Shown: positions 1 to 9,249 of the stretch, piece after piece
How positions within the stretch are numbered: position 1 is the stretch's first letter
How the letters are laid out: every line of letters starts with the position of its first letter
Source: Candidatus Dojkabacteria bacterium
GTDB taxonomy: Bacteria > Patescibacteriota > Dojkabacteria > JAHIVN01
Assembly (NCBI GenBank): GCA_016932045.1
Contig: JAFGDO010000012.1
Span: 4,195 to 68,194, forward strand
Length of the DNA: 64,000 bases
Reading direction: 5' to 3'
Made by a program: the position numbers and the translations under genes
The notes under the pieces: model-generated
What the model saw: the letters and a program-made list of their open reading frames with translations, nothing else
Databases searched by the model: none
Told to the model about the DNA's origin: nothing

Positions 1-951
1 GGAGATGAAATAGTAGAGCCTCTTGCTCAGGGATCATTTTCATTCGTTTATCTTATAAAAGATCATAATGGTAGTGAAATAGTCGTCAAGAGAAGCCATG
101 ACGGATGGGTTCCTTTTCAAGTTGGTGAGTATGTTTATGTACCTGCCCCAAGGTCGTTAGTTAAATTTTTCTTTCCTGATTATGACATTACACCAAGGAG
201 TTTGAAAAGGGATGTATATGATTATGAAGAGATTCTGAAAAAGTTCTGGGGAGATGAGAGAGTTAAACTTGAAGGAGAGAAGTTTATGCCGTATCTAAAT
301 ATGGCTTTGCATATGGTTGATATGTTTCTGCCAGAATTTACAGTGCACGATATTTATTCTCAAAAATTCTGGGCAAAGCTGTTAAAGAAAGAAAGACATT
401 CAAAATTATTACACTTGCAGAAGTATTTGAGGAATATTGAGACCCCTGCACTTTTGATTCCAAAGGAGGAAAGATTTATATTTTATGATGCGTTCTCGGA
501 TTCACTGCAAACAGTATTTATACAAGAAGCTATGAAGGGAAAGGAAGATATCATACCAGGTAAGAAAATGGCTTTTCCTTTTGAACTTATCTCATCAGGA
601 GTTATACCTAAGGAAATGCCAAAGCTTATGATAGAGCATATACTTAGGGCTATTGAATGTTTTGTGAAGCAACTTGAACGAGAGACACCTATACCGAAGG
701 TTCCAGACTTTAGACCGCTTGAAAGCTGGAAAATATTCCCTCCAACAGCTTACGAGATATACTTTGCTGAAACTTCCAATTTGGTAGTTTATAAGGGCAA
801 GAATGGAAGGTTAAACATAGGCCTTGTAGATACGCATGTTCTTCATGAGCCTGATGGTGATCTGATTTACCGGTGGGTTGAAAGGAGATGCTGGATTAGT
901 ATGTTTTTGAACTTGAGGTTCTGGGTACGGAAGGCGCTAGAAGAGATGTAG
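1..951 (+). CDS. hypothetical protein, 5'-truncated by window edge (frame open from nt 1; glycine-rich GSFSFVY...VVK motif near visible N-terminus)
   Basis: Frame 1 has no stop from nt 1 to TAG at 949-951; the ORF track starts at an internal Met (202). A weak nucleotide-binding-loop-like motif is present, but no convincing kinase catalytic motifs. Confidence 0.5.
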   Translation, partial: GDEIVEPLAQGSFSFVYLIKDHNGSEIVVKRSHDGWVPFQVGEYVYVPAPRSLVKFFFPDYDITPRSLKRDVYDYEEILKKFWGDERVKLEGEKFMPYLNMALHMVDMFLPEFTVHDIYSQKFWAKLLKKERHSKLLHLQKYLRNIETPALLIPKEERFIFYDAFSDSLQTVFIQEAMKGKEDIIPGKKMAFPFELISSGVIPKEMPKLMIEHILRAIECFVKQLERETPIPKVPDFRPLESWKIFPPTAYEIYFAETSNLVVYKGKNGRLNIGLVDTHVLHEPDGDLIYRWVERRCWISMFLNLRFWVRKALEEM

Positions 952-989
952 TGAAGTAGTCCAAGAAGAACGGTGAGCGAATATAAATA

Positions 990-1200
990 TAGGTAGATAG
1001 TTTGATTGCTGGATGGTTGCATTGCTTCATTGCCCCATTTTCAATTTATAATGCTTCATTTTTCATTGAATATTTGTATCATTGAATAATTGCTACATTG
1101 TTATATGGCTATATAGATTGATAGCCGGATAGTCAGATAGCTAGGGGCAGTAAGCTGATAGCTGATAACTGAAAGGTTAGATTGTAGTATGTTTGACCCA
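990..1200. repeat. intergenic repeat element, copy A (GATAG/GATTG-rich; homologous to 27538..27712)
   Basis: Shares the blocks tcattgaataattgc, ggatagtcagatag and gtatgtttgac, in the same order and spacing, with the segment at 27538..27712. Confidence 0.5.
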
Positions 1201-1283
1201 TTACCTTTCACTTATAACTCATTCCCTGTTTGCCTTTTTATCCTGGTGATGTAAAATGTACTATAATTATTACATTATCCTCT

Positions 1284-2036
1284 ATGAATAAAAAACAAAA
1301 AATTTCCTTGTTAGTAGTCGTTGCTTTACTTATTATGATACCTGTTGTTACAGGTATTTTCCAAAGGAGCGGATTTGAGATCCGAATCTCAGCGCTTGAA
1401 GAAGATGATCCTCGCAACACAGCAATTTCAGACATCAAAGATACAAGTTTTAAAGTCTGCTGGATAACAGAAAGGGAAGTTATTGGAGGAGTATTACTTT
1501 CTGATGGAACACGGTTTAGTGAAAGTGACAAAACAAGTTATCACTCAGTTACAGTTACCGGACTAGAAAGTGTGCGTGTGTATGAGTTTAAGTTACTTTC
1601 AGGTACAAAGGAGTTTACGACGGAGGCTGGGAGTGATTATTCAGTTACAACAGCTTCTGTAAGCGGTACAGGTGATGATTTTCTAATTTATGGACAAGTA
1701 TTCAGTCCTGATGGTTACAGCTTCCAGCAAGGCGGAGTACTAACGTTAGTATTAGAAGAAACTGGGAAAGAAAGCCAAGTGTTAGCAACTACTATAAATG
1801 AAACCGGAGGCTATCAGTTTAATCTGGGAAGACTTCTTGCCAATACTCTCGATAGGGACTTCCCCTATAAAAAGAAAGTAAATGTTACGCTAAATGTATT
1901 CATTTCATTTGAGCAACAAGCTGTAGAGAAGAAATATACTGTAGATTTAACATCGAATAGGCAGATACCAAATGTTTATTTAGGGGAGGTGAATATAGAT
2001 ATTATTCCAGGAATAGAGGGGAGTGCTGGGCAGTAA
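1284..2036 (+). CDS. membrane-anchored secreted protein with fibronectin-III-like domain (start taken at the internal MNKKQK Met)
   Basis: N-terminal hydrophobic anchor (ISLLVVVALLIMIPVVTGIF). FN3-like segment (FKVCWITEREV...SYHSVTVTGLESVRVYEFKL). Lies immediately upstream of the sortase gene. No LPXTG signal. Confidence 0.55.
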   Translation: MNKKQKISLLVVVALLIMIPVVTGIFQRSGFEIRISALEEDDPRNTAISDIKDTSFKVCWITEREVIGGVLLSDGTRFSESDKTSYHSVTVTGLESVRVYEFKLLSGTKEFTTEAGSDYSVTTASVSGTGDDFLIYGQVFSPDGYSFQQGGVLTLVLEETGKESQVLATTINETGGYQFNLGRLLANTLDRDFPYKKKVNVTLNVFISFEQQAVEKKYTVDLTSNRQIPNVYLGEVNIDIIPGIEGSAGQ

Positions 2037-2109
2037 ACGGCACTCTGCAAACTGCTAACTGAAGATAGCAACAGTAGATAGATAAATTGTAACTTAGAAC
2101 TTCGTTCAT

Positions 2110-2772
2110 ATGAAGTTTTTTAAGGTCGCATTAAAATTTTTGGTTGTCTTCATTCTTGTTTTTGTCATCTATACACTGATCTATCATTATCAGGTAAGTT
2201 CGAGTCCAAAGGTGGAGGTGGAGAACACTTTTTTAGCTTCAGATGAGGAGATATCTGAAATAGCAGGCGAAAACGGATCCGGGTATGGAGTAGTAAATAC
2301 AGGTTTAGCTGAGGAGAAGATAGACAAGCAGGGATTTTATATCAGAATTGATAAGATAAACCTATTTAAACCAGTAGTAAAGAATGTTGATCCCAGGTAC
2401 AAGGAGGTATATATTGAAAGCTGGAAGACAGGTGTATCTCACGGAAAATTTACAGCGCTTCCTGATCAGATAGGAAATGTCTATTTATTTGCTCATGCCG
2501 TAAATAATGCTAGCCGCATGGAAAGTGAAAATGCCTGGTTTACAAGGACTGATGAGTTAGATGAAAACGATGAAATTGTTATTTATTATGCCGGTAAGAA
2601 ATATATCTATCAGGTTTCAAGAATTTATACGGTTTCTCCTACAGCAACAGGTGTCTATACTGGAGTTTCTCCTGTTCCGAAAATCACTCTTCAGACTTGC
2701 GGTCCGCCTCGTGGGTCACTCGACAGTAGATATATGGTAGAAGGTTTGCAGGTAAGTGTTACACTTCTCTAA
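2110..2772 (+). CDS. sortase family transpeptidase
   Basis: N-terminal membrane anchor. Conserved His (LFAHAV), catalytic TLxTC motif (ITLQTCGPP) and a downstream Arg (RGSLDSR). Confidence 0.7.
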   Translation: MKFFKVALKFLVVFILVFVIYTLIYHYQVSSSPKVEVENTFLASDEEISEIAGENGSGYGVVNTGLAEEKIDKQGFYIRIDKINLFKPVVKNVDPRYKEVYIESWKTGVSHGKFTALPDQIGNVYLFAHAVNNASRMESENAWFTRTDELDENDEIVIYYAGKKYIYQVSRIYTVSPTATGVYTGVSPVPKITLQTCGPPRGSLDSRYMVEGLQVSVTLL

Positions 2773-2809
2773 TCATTGAGTGTACTTTAATTTGAGTGAC
2801 GTTTTAGAT

Positions 2810-3058
2810 CTATGGCTCCGTTGTGGGGCTAATATATGTGGGATCAAGGTGGGTGAGTAATACCTCTGGTAGAGAGACTAATCCTTCACTATGCAGATTT
2901 AAAAGTCGTGAAGATAGTTCATCGGTCAAACTCCCTTGCTGCAAAATTTTTAGTGCATCACTAACGCTTAGACCAATAGGTTGGTTGCAGAGAATACTTA
3001 GCGCTTGGTCAATGTTTCGAAACCCAAATAGTTCTGGTAGAGAAACGGTTTCTGTCAT
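2810..3058 (-). CDS. small hypothetical protein (82 aa) with internal SLPE repeat; overlaps an alternative + strand ORF
   Basis: The ORF on the minus strand is more protein-like than the overlapping + ORF (2823..3089). The DNA carries a direct repeat of CTGGTAGAGA at about 2868 and about 3023. Confidence 0.25.
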   Translation of the reverse strand: MTETVSLPELFGFRNIDQALSILCNQPIGLSVSDALKILQQGSLTDELSSRLLNLHSEGLVSLPEVLLTHLDPTYISPTTEP

Positions 3059-3161
3059 CTTATATATGCTTCAAAATAAACAGGAATGATTATATAATTA
3101 CTATTGATGTCATGCAATAGATGTATAGTCGTTTTGAATTTAAATATTTGAATATGAAAAT

Positions 3162-3593
3162 ATGGACTTTCAAGCAATTGCAGAAACTTTTGTGGGTCAG
3201 GGACCTCCGAGGTCTCCTAGCTTTAATGTGAGTACTTTAGCAAGAGCGAGAGATGTACAAAGGGATAGAGAGCCAATTAGAGAGGAGCCGTTACCAGGGT
3301 TACTCGATGATATAAGATCGTTTCCTTCGACACAACAAGCTCAAGAGTTACTAGCTAGATGGGTTACCCATGATAGGGGTTTGAGTTATCGTGGTAGATC
3401 TGTACAAAGAACAGTCTACGGATTAACATATGAGCAATTAAGATATCTTGAAGAATTAGCAGCTTATGGACTACCTAAAGATGAAAGACCTCAGCCGGTT
3501 TATGTAGTCAGCGTATTAAAGGAAGTGCTAATACGAATGACAAAAGAGGTTCTAGGAAAAATGGCGAATGTATTTGCAAATCTTTCTGCTTAA
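3162..3593 (+). CDS. hypothetical protein (Arg-rich, slightly GC-enriched)
   Basis: Clean 143-aa ORF with a TAA stop; no recognisable motifs. Confidence 0.4.
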   Translation: MDFQAIAETFVGQGPPRSPSFNVSTLARARDVQRDREPIREEPLPGLLDDIRSFPSTQQAQELLARWVTHDRGLSYRGRSVQRTVYGLTYEQLRYLEELAAYGLPKDERPQPVYVVSVLKEVLIRMTKEVLGKMANVFANLSA

Positions 3594-3647
3594 AGATATG
3601 GAGCTAAAAGCGGATATCTAATAGCGACATGCGAACGACTAAAGACA

Positions 3648-4700
3648 TTAGATACTAATTGTTCCCCCTCCTAGGCACTCTTTATCTTTATAGAAAACAG
3701 TGCTTTGACCAGGTGTTGGAGCTCTTTGAGGCTTGTCAAAGAGAGCTATATATTTCTTGCCAACTTTTTTTATCCTTGCCGAAGCAGGTTTATGGTTGTA
3801 GCGGATAGATACTTTGCATTTTAGCGGCAATTTGGGCGGCTTACCTTGTATCCAGTGAGGTTTGTCAATTTCTATTTCTGACTTAAAAAGAAAAGGATCA
3901 TTACTTCCCTTTGCAACTATAACCTGGTTTATCTTAGAGTTTAACTCCACTACATAGCAGGGCGCGCCACCTCCTATTCCTAAACCTTCTCTTTGACCGA
4001 TTGTGTAATTATAGTACCCATTGTGTGTCCCCAAGACTTTGCCTTGAGTATCAATTATCTTACCCTTTTGCGACTTCAAATACTTTTTTAAAAATACTTG
4101 AGGTTTTTTACCAGCAAGAAAACAGATGTCCTGACTTTCTTTGCTCTCTGCTGTTGGTAGTTTAAATTCTTTTGCGATTTGCCTTGCTTCGTTCTTTGTA
4201 TATTCTCCTAAAGGAAAGAGTGTCTTGGAAAGTTGGTTTTGGTTAAGTCGATGGAGGAAATACGACTGGTCCTTTGAAGCGTCTTTTGCTTGAAGAAGAT
4301 GATATTTTTTTGATTTATTGTCGCAATATATTCGAGAATAATGTCCTGTTGCGATAAGATCAGCTCCTTCTTTCATTGCTCTTTTAAAGAAATGTCCAAA
4401 CTTTATTTCCTTATTACAAATAACACAAGGATTTGGTGTTCTTCCGACCTTATACTCACTGACAAAGTACTGTGTCACTTTTTGTTTGAATTCTTTCTGT
4501 AGATCAAAAATCCTGAAAGGTATTTCTAGCTTTGAACACACTCTTTTAGCGCTTAAAAGGTTAGCCCTAGATTTTGAGCCTGAGAATAGCTTAAAATGAA
4601 CACCAGTACAATCATAGCCCTGTTGTTTAAGCAGCGCAGCGGTGACAGAACTATCAACTCCGCCGGACAATGCAATGAAAACTTTTTCGTGGTTTTTCAT
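3648..4700 (-). CDS. mnmA: tRNA-specific 2-thiouridylase MnmA
   Basis: PP-loop SGGVDSS at the N-terminus; motifs RTPNPCVICN and DQSYFL; length 350 aa, typical for MnmA. Confidence 0.9.
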   Translation of the reverse strand: MKNHEKVFIALSGGVDSSVTAALLKQQGYDCTGVHFKLFSGSKSRANLLSAKRVCSKLEIPFRIFDLQKEFKQKVTQYFVSEYKVGRTPNPCVICNKEIKFGHFFKRAMKEGADLIATGHYSRIYCDNKSKKYHLLQAKDASKDQSYFLHRLNQNQLSKTLFPLGEYTKNEARQIAKEFKLPTAESKESQDICFLAGKKPQVFLKKYLKSQKGKIIDTQGKVLGTHNGYYNYTIGQREGLGIGGGAPCYVVELNSKINQVIVAKGSNDPFLFKSEIEIDKPHWIQGKPPKLPLKCKVSIRYNHKPASARIKKVGKKYIALFDKPQRAPTPGQSTVFYKDKECLGGGTISI

Positions 4701-4825
4701 AGTGATAATTATAGCATGAAGAAGTAAAGCTAATATTCAAATCATAACTCATAACTATTGCGTCTCCTTGCAGTCGGATACCTTTGCAACTATAATGAAT
4801 ACAATAAACTCTTAAAACTACTGCC

Positions 4826-7800
4826 ATGCAAATTACAGAATCATCAGATGCTCAGACCCCAGGAAATCCGAATGTCTTACCACCTCTTCCTCCAAAAGTG
4901 CAACCGAGTACTTCTCCAGGAAAATCTTATAAACTTCTTTCTTTATTTGGTGTTGTGCTAATTCTTGCTGGTCTTGGGGGTCTTGTCTTTCTTGGCGTAA
5001 GTAAGTTTTTTTTAGAAACACAGGGAAAAGATAAGTTAAAAATTGAAGGTGTAGATCCAGAAATTGGGGAAGAGCTAACAAAGCAGCTTGTATACTCAGC
5101 TGAGTCTCAGGAGATTGAGTATTATTCTCCAACTCTTGATATATTATTAAACTATCCAAAGGATAAATTTATCATAAATGAAGATTACCTGAGTATATCG
5201 GTTTCACTTACTGAAACAGGTGCATATTCAACGTATGCAAAATTGAAACTATACAAAAAGGAGGGAATTGAAGATATAAACAAGGAACTTAAAGGGTATT
5301 ATGAAGATATTTATGATAACGTTGAAACTGTTGAAGAAAAGACCCAGGAAGACGAGCTTGGATATTTAAGAATAAAATATCTTCAAGAATCTTTCTTAAA
5401 AGAAGGCGAAAGCGAGGAGATATATAGAACTTTTCTTGTAAGGGGTGATCTTGATGAGTATGTTTTTATAGATATAAAAGAGACAAGCGGAACAAAAACT
5501 ACTGATAAATATCTATCCCAATTTAGTGACCTGGTTCAAAGTGTTCAACTTCATCCTGAAAATATTGCCGAGGAGATAGAGTATATAGTCAAAGAAGGAG
5601 CAATCAAGGTTCGATTCGACAGAAAGAAGTGGAATGTAGCAGGCCAAAGCGATTATTCATTAAGTCTTGGTTTTAGAAGCAGTGACTATGAACAAGCTGA
5701 AGAATTAAAGTACTTTGCGACCGGAGTATACATCTCAGCCTACTCAACATATAGGGATGACCTTGATGAGGCTTATTTCAAAGATGAAATAGCAAAGGAA
5801 AGAGCGAATGCACAGGAAGCTTACTTGGAGAAAGGATTAGAATTCTTGGTTGAAGAGGAAACTTTACAAATTGGCGGAGTGGACTTTTATTTCACAAAGT
5901 ATAGATATACTGCATACGGCGAAGATACGGTTAAAACTATTTACAGGGGATACAATCCTACTGTCAAAGCAATTATCAGTATAAGTACATATGAACCTTA
6001 TGCGGATTCCGAGGGTGGCAAGGAGGTTCGAAGGTTGATTGATTATATTGAAGTTCTAACGGATGAAACTTCTTCTGCAAAAAGAAATAACAATGTACTG
6101 GGTGTAAGTTCCCTTGAGTTTGAAAGAGCAGCGATAATTGGGAAACCTGCAGTCGTACATATATTCAATAAGACCTGTACAAAACTAAAGGTAAACGAGA
6201 TTAGTGATATGCCGAATGTTTCTGGAAATACTTATACACTATGTATGGCTGGCTTTGGGTCAGGAGCATATATAAGTAGTGATGGTCATATCATTACAAA
6301 TGCTCATGTTGGAGCGATGAATCCTAAGGATGTCATTATCGATGCCGCATTGTATTCTCTTGAAGGTGAAGCTTCTAGTCAACCGCTGAGCGGTTTCGAT
6401 CAGGATGGATTTGTAAGTGATGTCCTGAATGATCTTGCAGTCTATTATCAGAACTTGTATCCGGATATTAATCTTGATAGTTACTATGTCCAGGAATCAA
6501 TGTTTGAGGATGCGATAAGTGTAATCCTTTTGTTTACAGTTGATGAAGCAGCCTCGGACTATGCAACGATAGACGAGTCAACTTTCACTAACTATATTCA
6601 AAAGAGTAAGCCTTTTGAGGTTGATCCGGATCTTTTGGATCTCTCAAATAAATCTGATATGTATGAGGCGGAAGTGGTAGCCTATAAAGAGATAGATTCA
6701 TTCTATCAGATGGCTTATGATTCCTATGCCGGTGAAGAAAGCGGACTTTCGGTGCCTGATCTGGCAATTCTAAAGGTTTCTGATTCTGATGTTAAAGAAT
6801 TCCCTGGCGTTGAGTTGGGAGATTACCAAATGCTAAATGTAGGAGAGAGAATTGTGGTCATAGGTTTTCCTGGAAGTGCTGAAAACGAAGCATTGTTCTC
6901 GGTTGAGTCGACTACAATTCCCACGATTACAACTGGAACCATAAGTGCTATTAAGCCAAATTTTGACAGTACTTTTAACCTAATTCAGATTGATGCATCG
7001 ATTTCACATGGGAATAGTGGTGGTCCGATCTATAATTCGGATGGGAAGATTGTAGCTGTTGCTACTTATGGTTTAACCTCGGAAGAAGCAGCTGATTTCA
7101 ATGCAGGTGTTTCTGTAGAAGAAGTACAAAAATTTATCTCGGAAAATAATGTGGAGAATAAGGTCGGTAAAATTACAAAGTATATCTCAGATGGTCTTGA
7201 TGATTTTGGTAAGCAATATTATAAAAAAGCAGTGGAAAAGTTTGAGGAGGCAAAGGCGCTAAATCCGCAACTCGAGGATTTGCTTGATCCTTTGATAAAA
7301 ATCGCGCAAGAGAAGATAGAAAAGGGGGAGGATAAGACTCCTTTATTTACTATTGGTGATCTCGAGTTCGGCAGTACAGAAGCAGTAGTGGTTATTGCAA
7401 TTGTTGTGTGCTTATCAATTGGATTTTTACTTGTTATTCTTATTTTGATTTTAAAGAAACGAACAGGAGGTTCTTCTGAGGGGTTGACATATCCTGCTCA
7501 GATGGAGCAGCAGATGAGACCACCGGGTTCCATGCCAATGCAGCAGTCTCAGCAGGTTGTGCCATCTCAAGTCCAGCAGACACAAGAACCATTTGTTCAA
7601 ACCAGTATGCCAGAACAAGCGGCAGATCCTTCTGTTCAACCGGTTGGAACCTCACCTGTACAGCAGGAACAGCCGGTAGTGCCACCTGTACATCCTGAGC
7701 AACCAATGATTCAACCAGGTGTGCCTATTCAGCCGATAGATCAATCTGAAGTTGGGCAACCTACTGTGCCTGCACAACAACAACCGCCTCAACCAATCGT

Positions 7801-8044
7801 TCAGCAGCCTGAAAATTTACAGCCTGAGCAGCAGGCTATGTCTGTACAGACTGATCAGCAGGGATTACCATCTGAGGTAGCTCAGCCCGTACATCCTGAA
7901 CAACCAATTAGAGAGCCTGTTGTTGCACCACAGGATACTGTGGTACAACAAATGCCGTCCCAAGGAGAAGTACAACCTCCACCAGTTGAGCAGCAGCCAG
8001 ATCCAAGTGCACTATACAAGCCGCCGGATCCGTTTAAGGTGTAA
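4826..8044 (+). CDS. membrane-anchored trypsin-like (S1/HtrA-like) serine protease with large N-terminal domain and C-terminal P/Q-rich low-complexity tail
   Basis: N-terminal TM helix; catalytic triad motifs DGHIITNAHV (His), DLAILKV (Asp) and GNSGGPIY (Ser); second TM (AVVVIAIVVCLSIGFLLVILILIL); then about 200 aa rich in P, Q and E with repeated VHPEQP units. Confidence 0.8.
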   Translation: MQITESSDAQTPGNPNVLPPLPPKVQPSTSPGKSYKLLSLFGVVLILAGLGGLVFLGVSKFFLETQGKDKLKIEGVDPEIGEELTKQLVYSAESQEIEYYSPTLDILLNYPKDKFIINEDYLSISVSLTETGAYSTYAKLKLYKKEGIEDINKELKGYYEDIYDNVETVEEKTQEDELGYLRIKYLQESFLKEGESEEIYRTFLVRGDLDEYVFIDIKETSGTKTTDKYLSQFSDLVQSVQLHPENIAEEIEYIVKEGAIKVRFDRKKWNVAGQSDYSLSLGFRSSDYEQAEELKYFATGVYISAYSTYRDDLDEAYFKDEIAKERANAQEAYLEKGLEFLVEEETLQIGGVDFYFTKYRYTAYGEDTVKTIYRGYNPTVKAIISISTYEPYADSEGGKEVRRLIDYIEVLTDETSSAKRNNNVLGVSSLEFERAAIIGKPAVVHIFNKTCTKLKVNEISDMPNVSGNTYTLCMAGFGSGAYISSDGHIITNAHVGAMNPKDVIIDAALYSLEGEASSQPLSGFDQDGFVSDVLNDLAVYYQNLYPDINLDSYYVQESMFEDAISVILLFTVDEAASDYATIDESTFTNYIQKSKPFEVDPDLLDLSNKSDMYEAEVVAYKEIDSFYQMAYDSYAGEESGLSVPDLAILKVSDSDVKEFPGVELGDYQMLNVGERIVVIGFPGSAENEALFSVESTTIPTITTGTISAIKPNFDSTFNLIQIDASISHGNSGGPIYNSDGKIVAVATYGLTSEEAADFNAGVSVEEVQKFISENNVENKVGKITKYISDGLDDFGKQYYKKAVEKFEEAKALNPQLEDLLDPLIKIAQEKIEKGEDKTPLFTIGDLEFGSTEAVVVIAIVVCLSIGFLLVILILILKKRTGGSSEGLTYPAQMEQQMRPPGSMPMQQSQQVVPSQVQQTQEPFVQTSMPEQAADPSVQPVGTSPVQQEQPVVPPVHPEQPMIQPGVPIQPIDQSEVGQPTVPAQQQPPQPIVQQPENLQPEQQAMSVQTDQQGLPSEVAQPVHPEQPIREPVVAPQDTVVQQMPSQGEVQPPPVEQQPDPSALYKPPDPFKV

Positions 8045-8187
8045 GAAATATGAAATTAAAAGTATGCGGTAAAAGGTAGTAGGTTAAATGTTAATGTTAT
8101 ATTGCTATAGTGTTATGGGGTTGAATTACTGGATTTTTCCACTGTTTTTAATATAATTATGCCTAATAAGCTTTTAGCCATGTAAAG

Positions 8188-9174
8188 ATGGATAAGGTCT
8201 ATTACCTTAAGAATATAAGAAAATATCGAAGTGTCCTGCCTAAAGTGTTAGGTAATACGTATCCAGAAAATAGCGAAGTGGTTGTGAAGCTACACTTCGG
8301 TGAGCCTGGGAATAAAACTGCTTTAACACCTCAGGAGGTGGCAGAAACAGTTAAAGTACTAAATGATTTAAATATTGATCCAATTCTTTTTGATACTCCC
8401 GTTGCATATACTTCAGAAAGGTCAACAGTTGGTGGATATAAAAAGGCTATCAGACGCAGGGGGTTCTTAAAAGTTGCAAGATGTAAAATTTCAAATAAAG
8501 GAGTTCCAGTAAAGACTAAAGATATGAGAGTCGAGGTAGCAAAGGTCCTTGCAAAAGCAAAACATGTTCTTGTCATCTCTCATGTAAAAGGTCATGAATG
8601 TTGTGGCTTTGGGGGCGCAATCAAAAATCTAGGAATGGGGGGGATAACTAGAGAATCGAAGGTAAAAGAGCACAATTTTGCAAAACCAATATGGGTGAAG
8701 GAATGTCAGGGTTGCGGGACATGCGCAAAGTTATGTCCGGCAAGTGCGATTAAAATTGTAAATGGCAAAGCACATGTTGACTTAAATGAGTGCATGGGAT
8801 GCTCTTTATGCGAGATGGTTTGCTCTTATAACTGTATAAAATCACGTAAGGCTTTATTCGATGACTTACTTGCTCAAGCTGCATGTGCAGTGATGAAGAA
8901 GATGCCGAGGAAAGTTCTATACATTAATTACCTGAAGAACATAACGGAACACTGTGATTGCTATGATGATGCAGGAAAGATCGTTTCAAAAGATATTGGT
9001 GTGCTATTTAGTACTAATCCTGTTGCAATCGATAAAGCCAGTATAGATCTGATAAACAAGATTAACAAAAAGGATGTTTTTAAAAAGCTGTGGAATAGAG
9101 ATCCCTTATTACATATTGAGTATGCAAGCAAGTATTCGACCTTTTCAGAAAGATATTCTCTCATTGATGTGTAA
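8188..9174 (+). CDS. DUF362-family iron-sulfur protein with 2x[4Fe-4S] ferredoxin-like motifs
   Basis: CQGCGTCAKLCP and CMGCSLCEMVC ferredoxin motifs inside DUF362-like flanks. Confidence 0.6.
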   Translation: MDKVYYLKNIRKYRSVLPKVLGNTYPENSEVVVKLHFGEPGNKTALTPQEVAETVKVLNDLNIDPILFDTPVAYTSERSTVGGYKKAIRRRGFLKVARCKISNKGVPVKTKDMRVEVAKVLAKAKHVLVISHVKGHECCGFGGAIKNLGMGGITRESKVKEHNFAKPIWVKECQGCGTCAKLCPASAIKIVNGKAHVDLNECMGCSLCEMVCSYNCIKSRKALFDDLLAQAACAVMKKMPRKVLYINYLKNITEHCDCYDDAGKIVSKDIGVLFSTNPVAIDKASIDLINKINKKDVFKKLWNRDPLLHIEYASKYSTFSERYSLIDV

Positions 9175-9249
9175 CTTTCGAGGTCGAATTTATAAATTCA
9201 TATAGCCTTTGCCTCTTAACCTTTTTCCTATTGCTTACTTCCTTTCACC

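Noticed and set aside
1-300. Protein-kinase-like ATP-binding loop (GSFSFVY...VVK) in the first ORF
   Set aside because: No HRD or DFG-equivalent motifs at compatible spacing. The only candidate Asp motifs lie more than 200 aa downstream.
1238-1531. Minus-strand 97-aa ORF
   Set aside because: Antisense to the FN3-like membrane protein gene, which has coherent domain structure. Likely a shadow ORF.
2773-3161. tmRNA or other ncRNA in the 389-bp gap after the sortase gene
   Set aside because: No tRNA-like acceptor or T-arm, no tag-peptide reading frame ending in ...LAA, and no terminal CCA context. The region has two overlapping small ORFs and a CTGGTAGAGA direct repeat, so it is left as a low-confidence small CDS.
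7440-7706. Minus-strand ORFs antisense to the P/Q-rich tail of the protease
   Set aside because: Repeat-driven open frames opposite a low-complexity coding region; no independent support.
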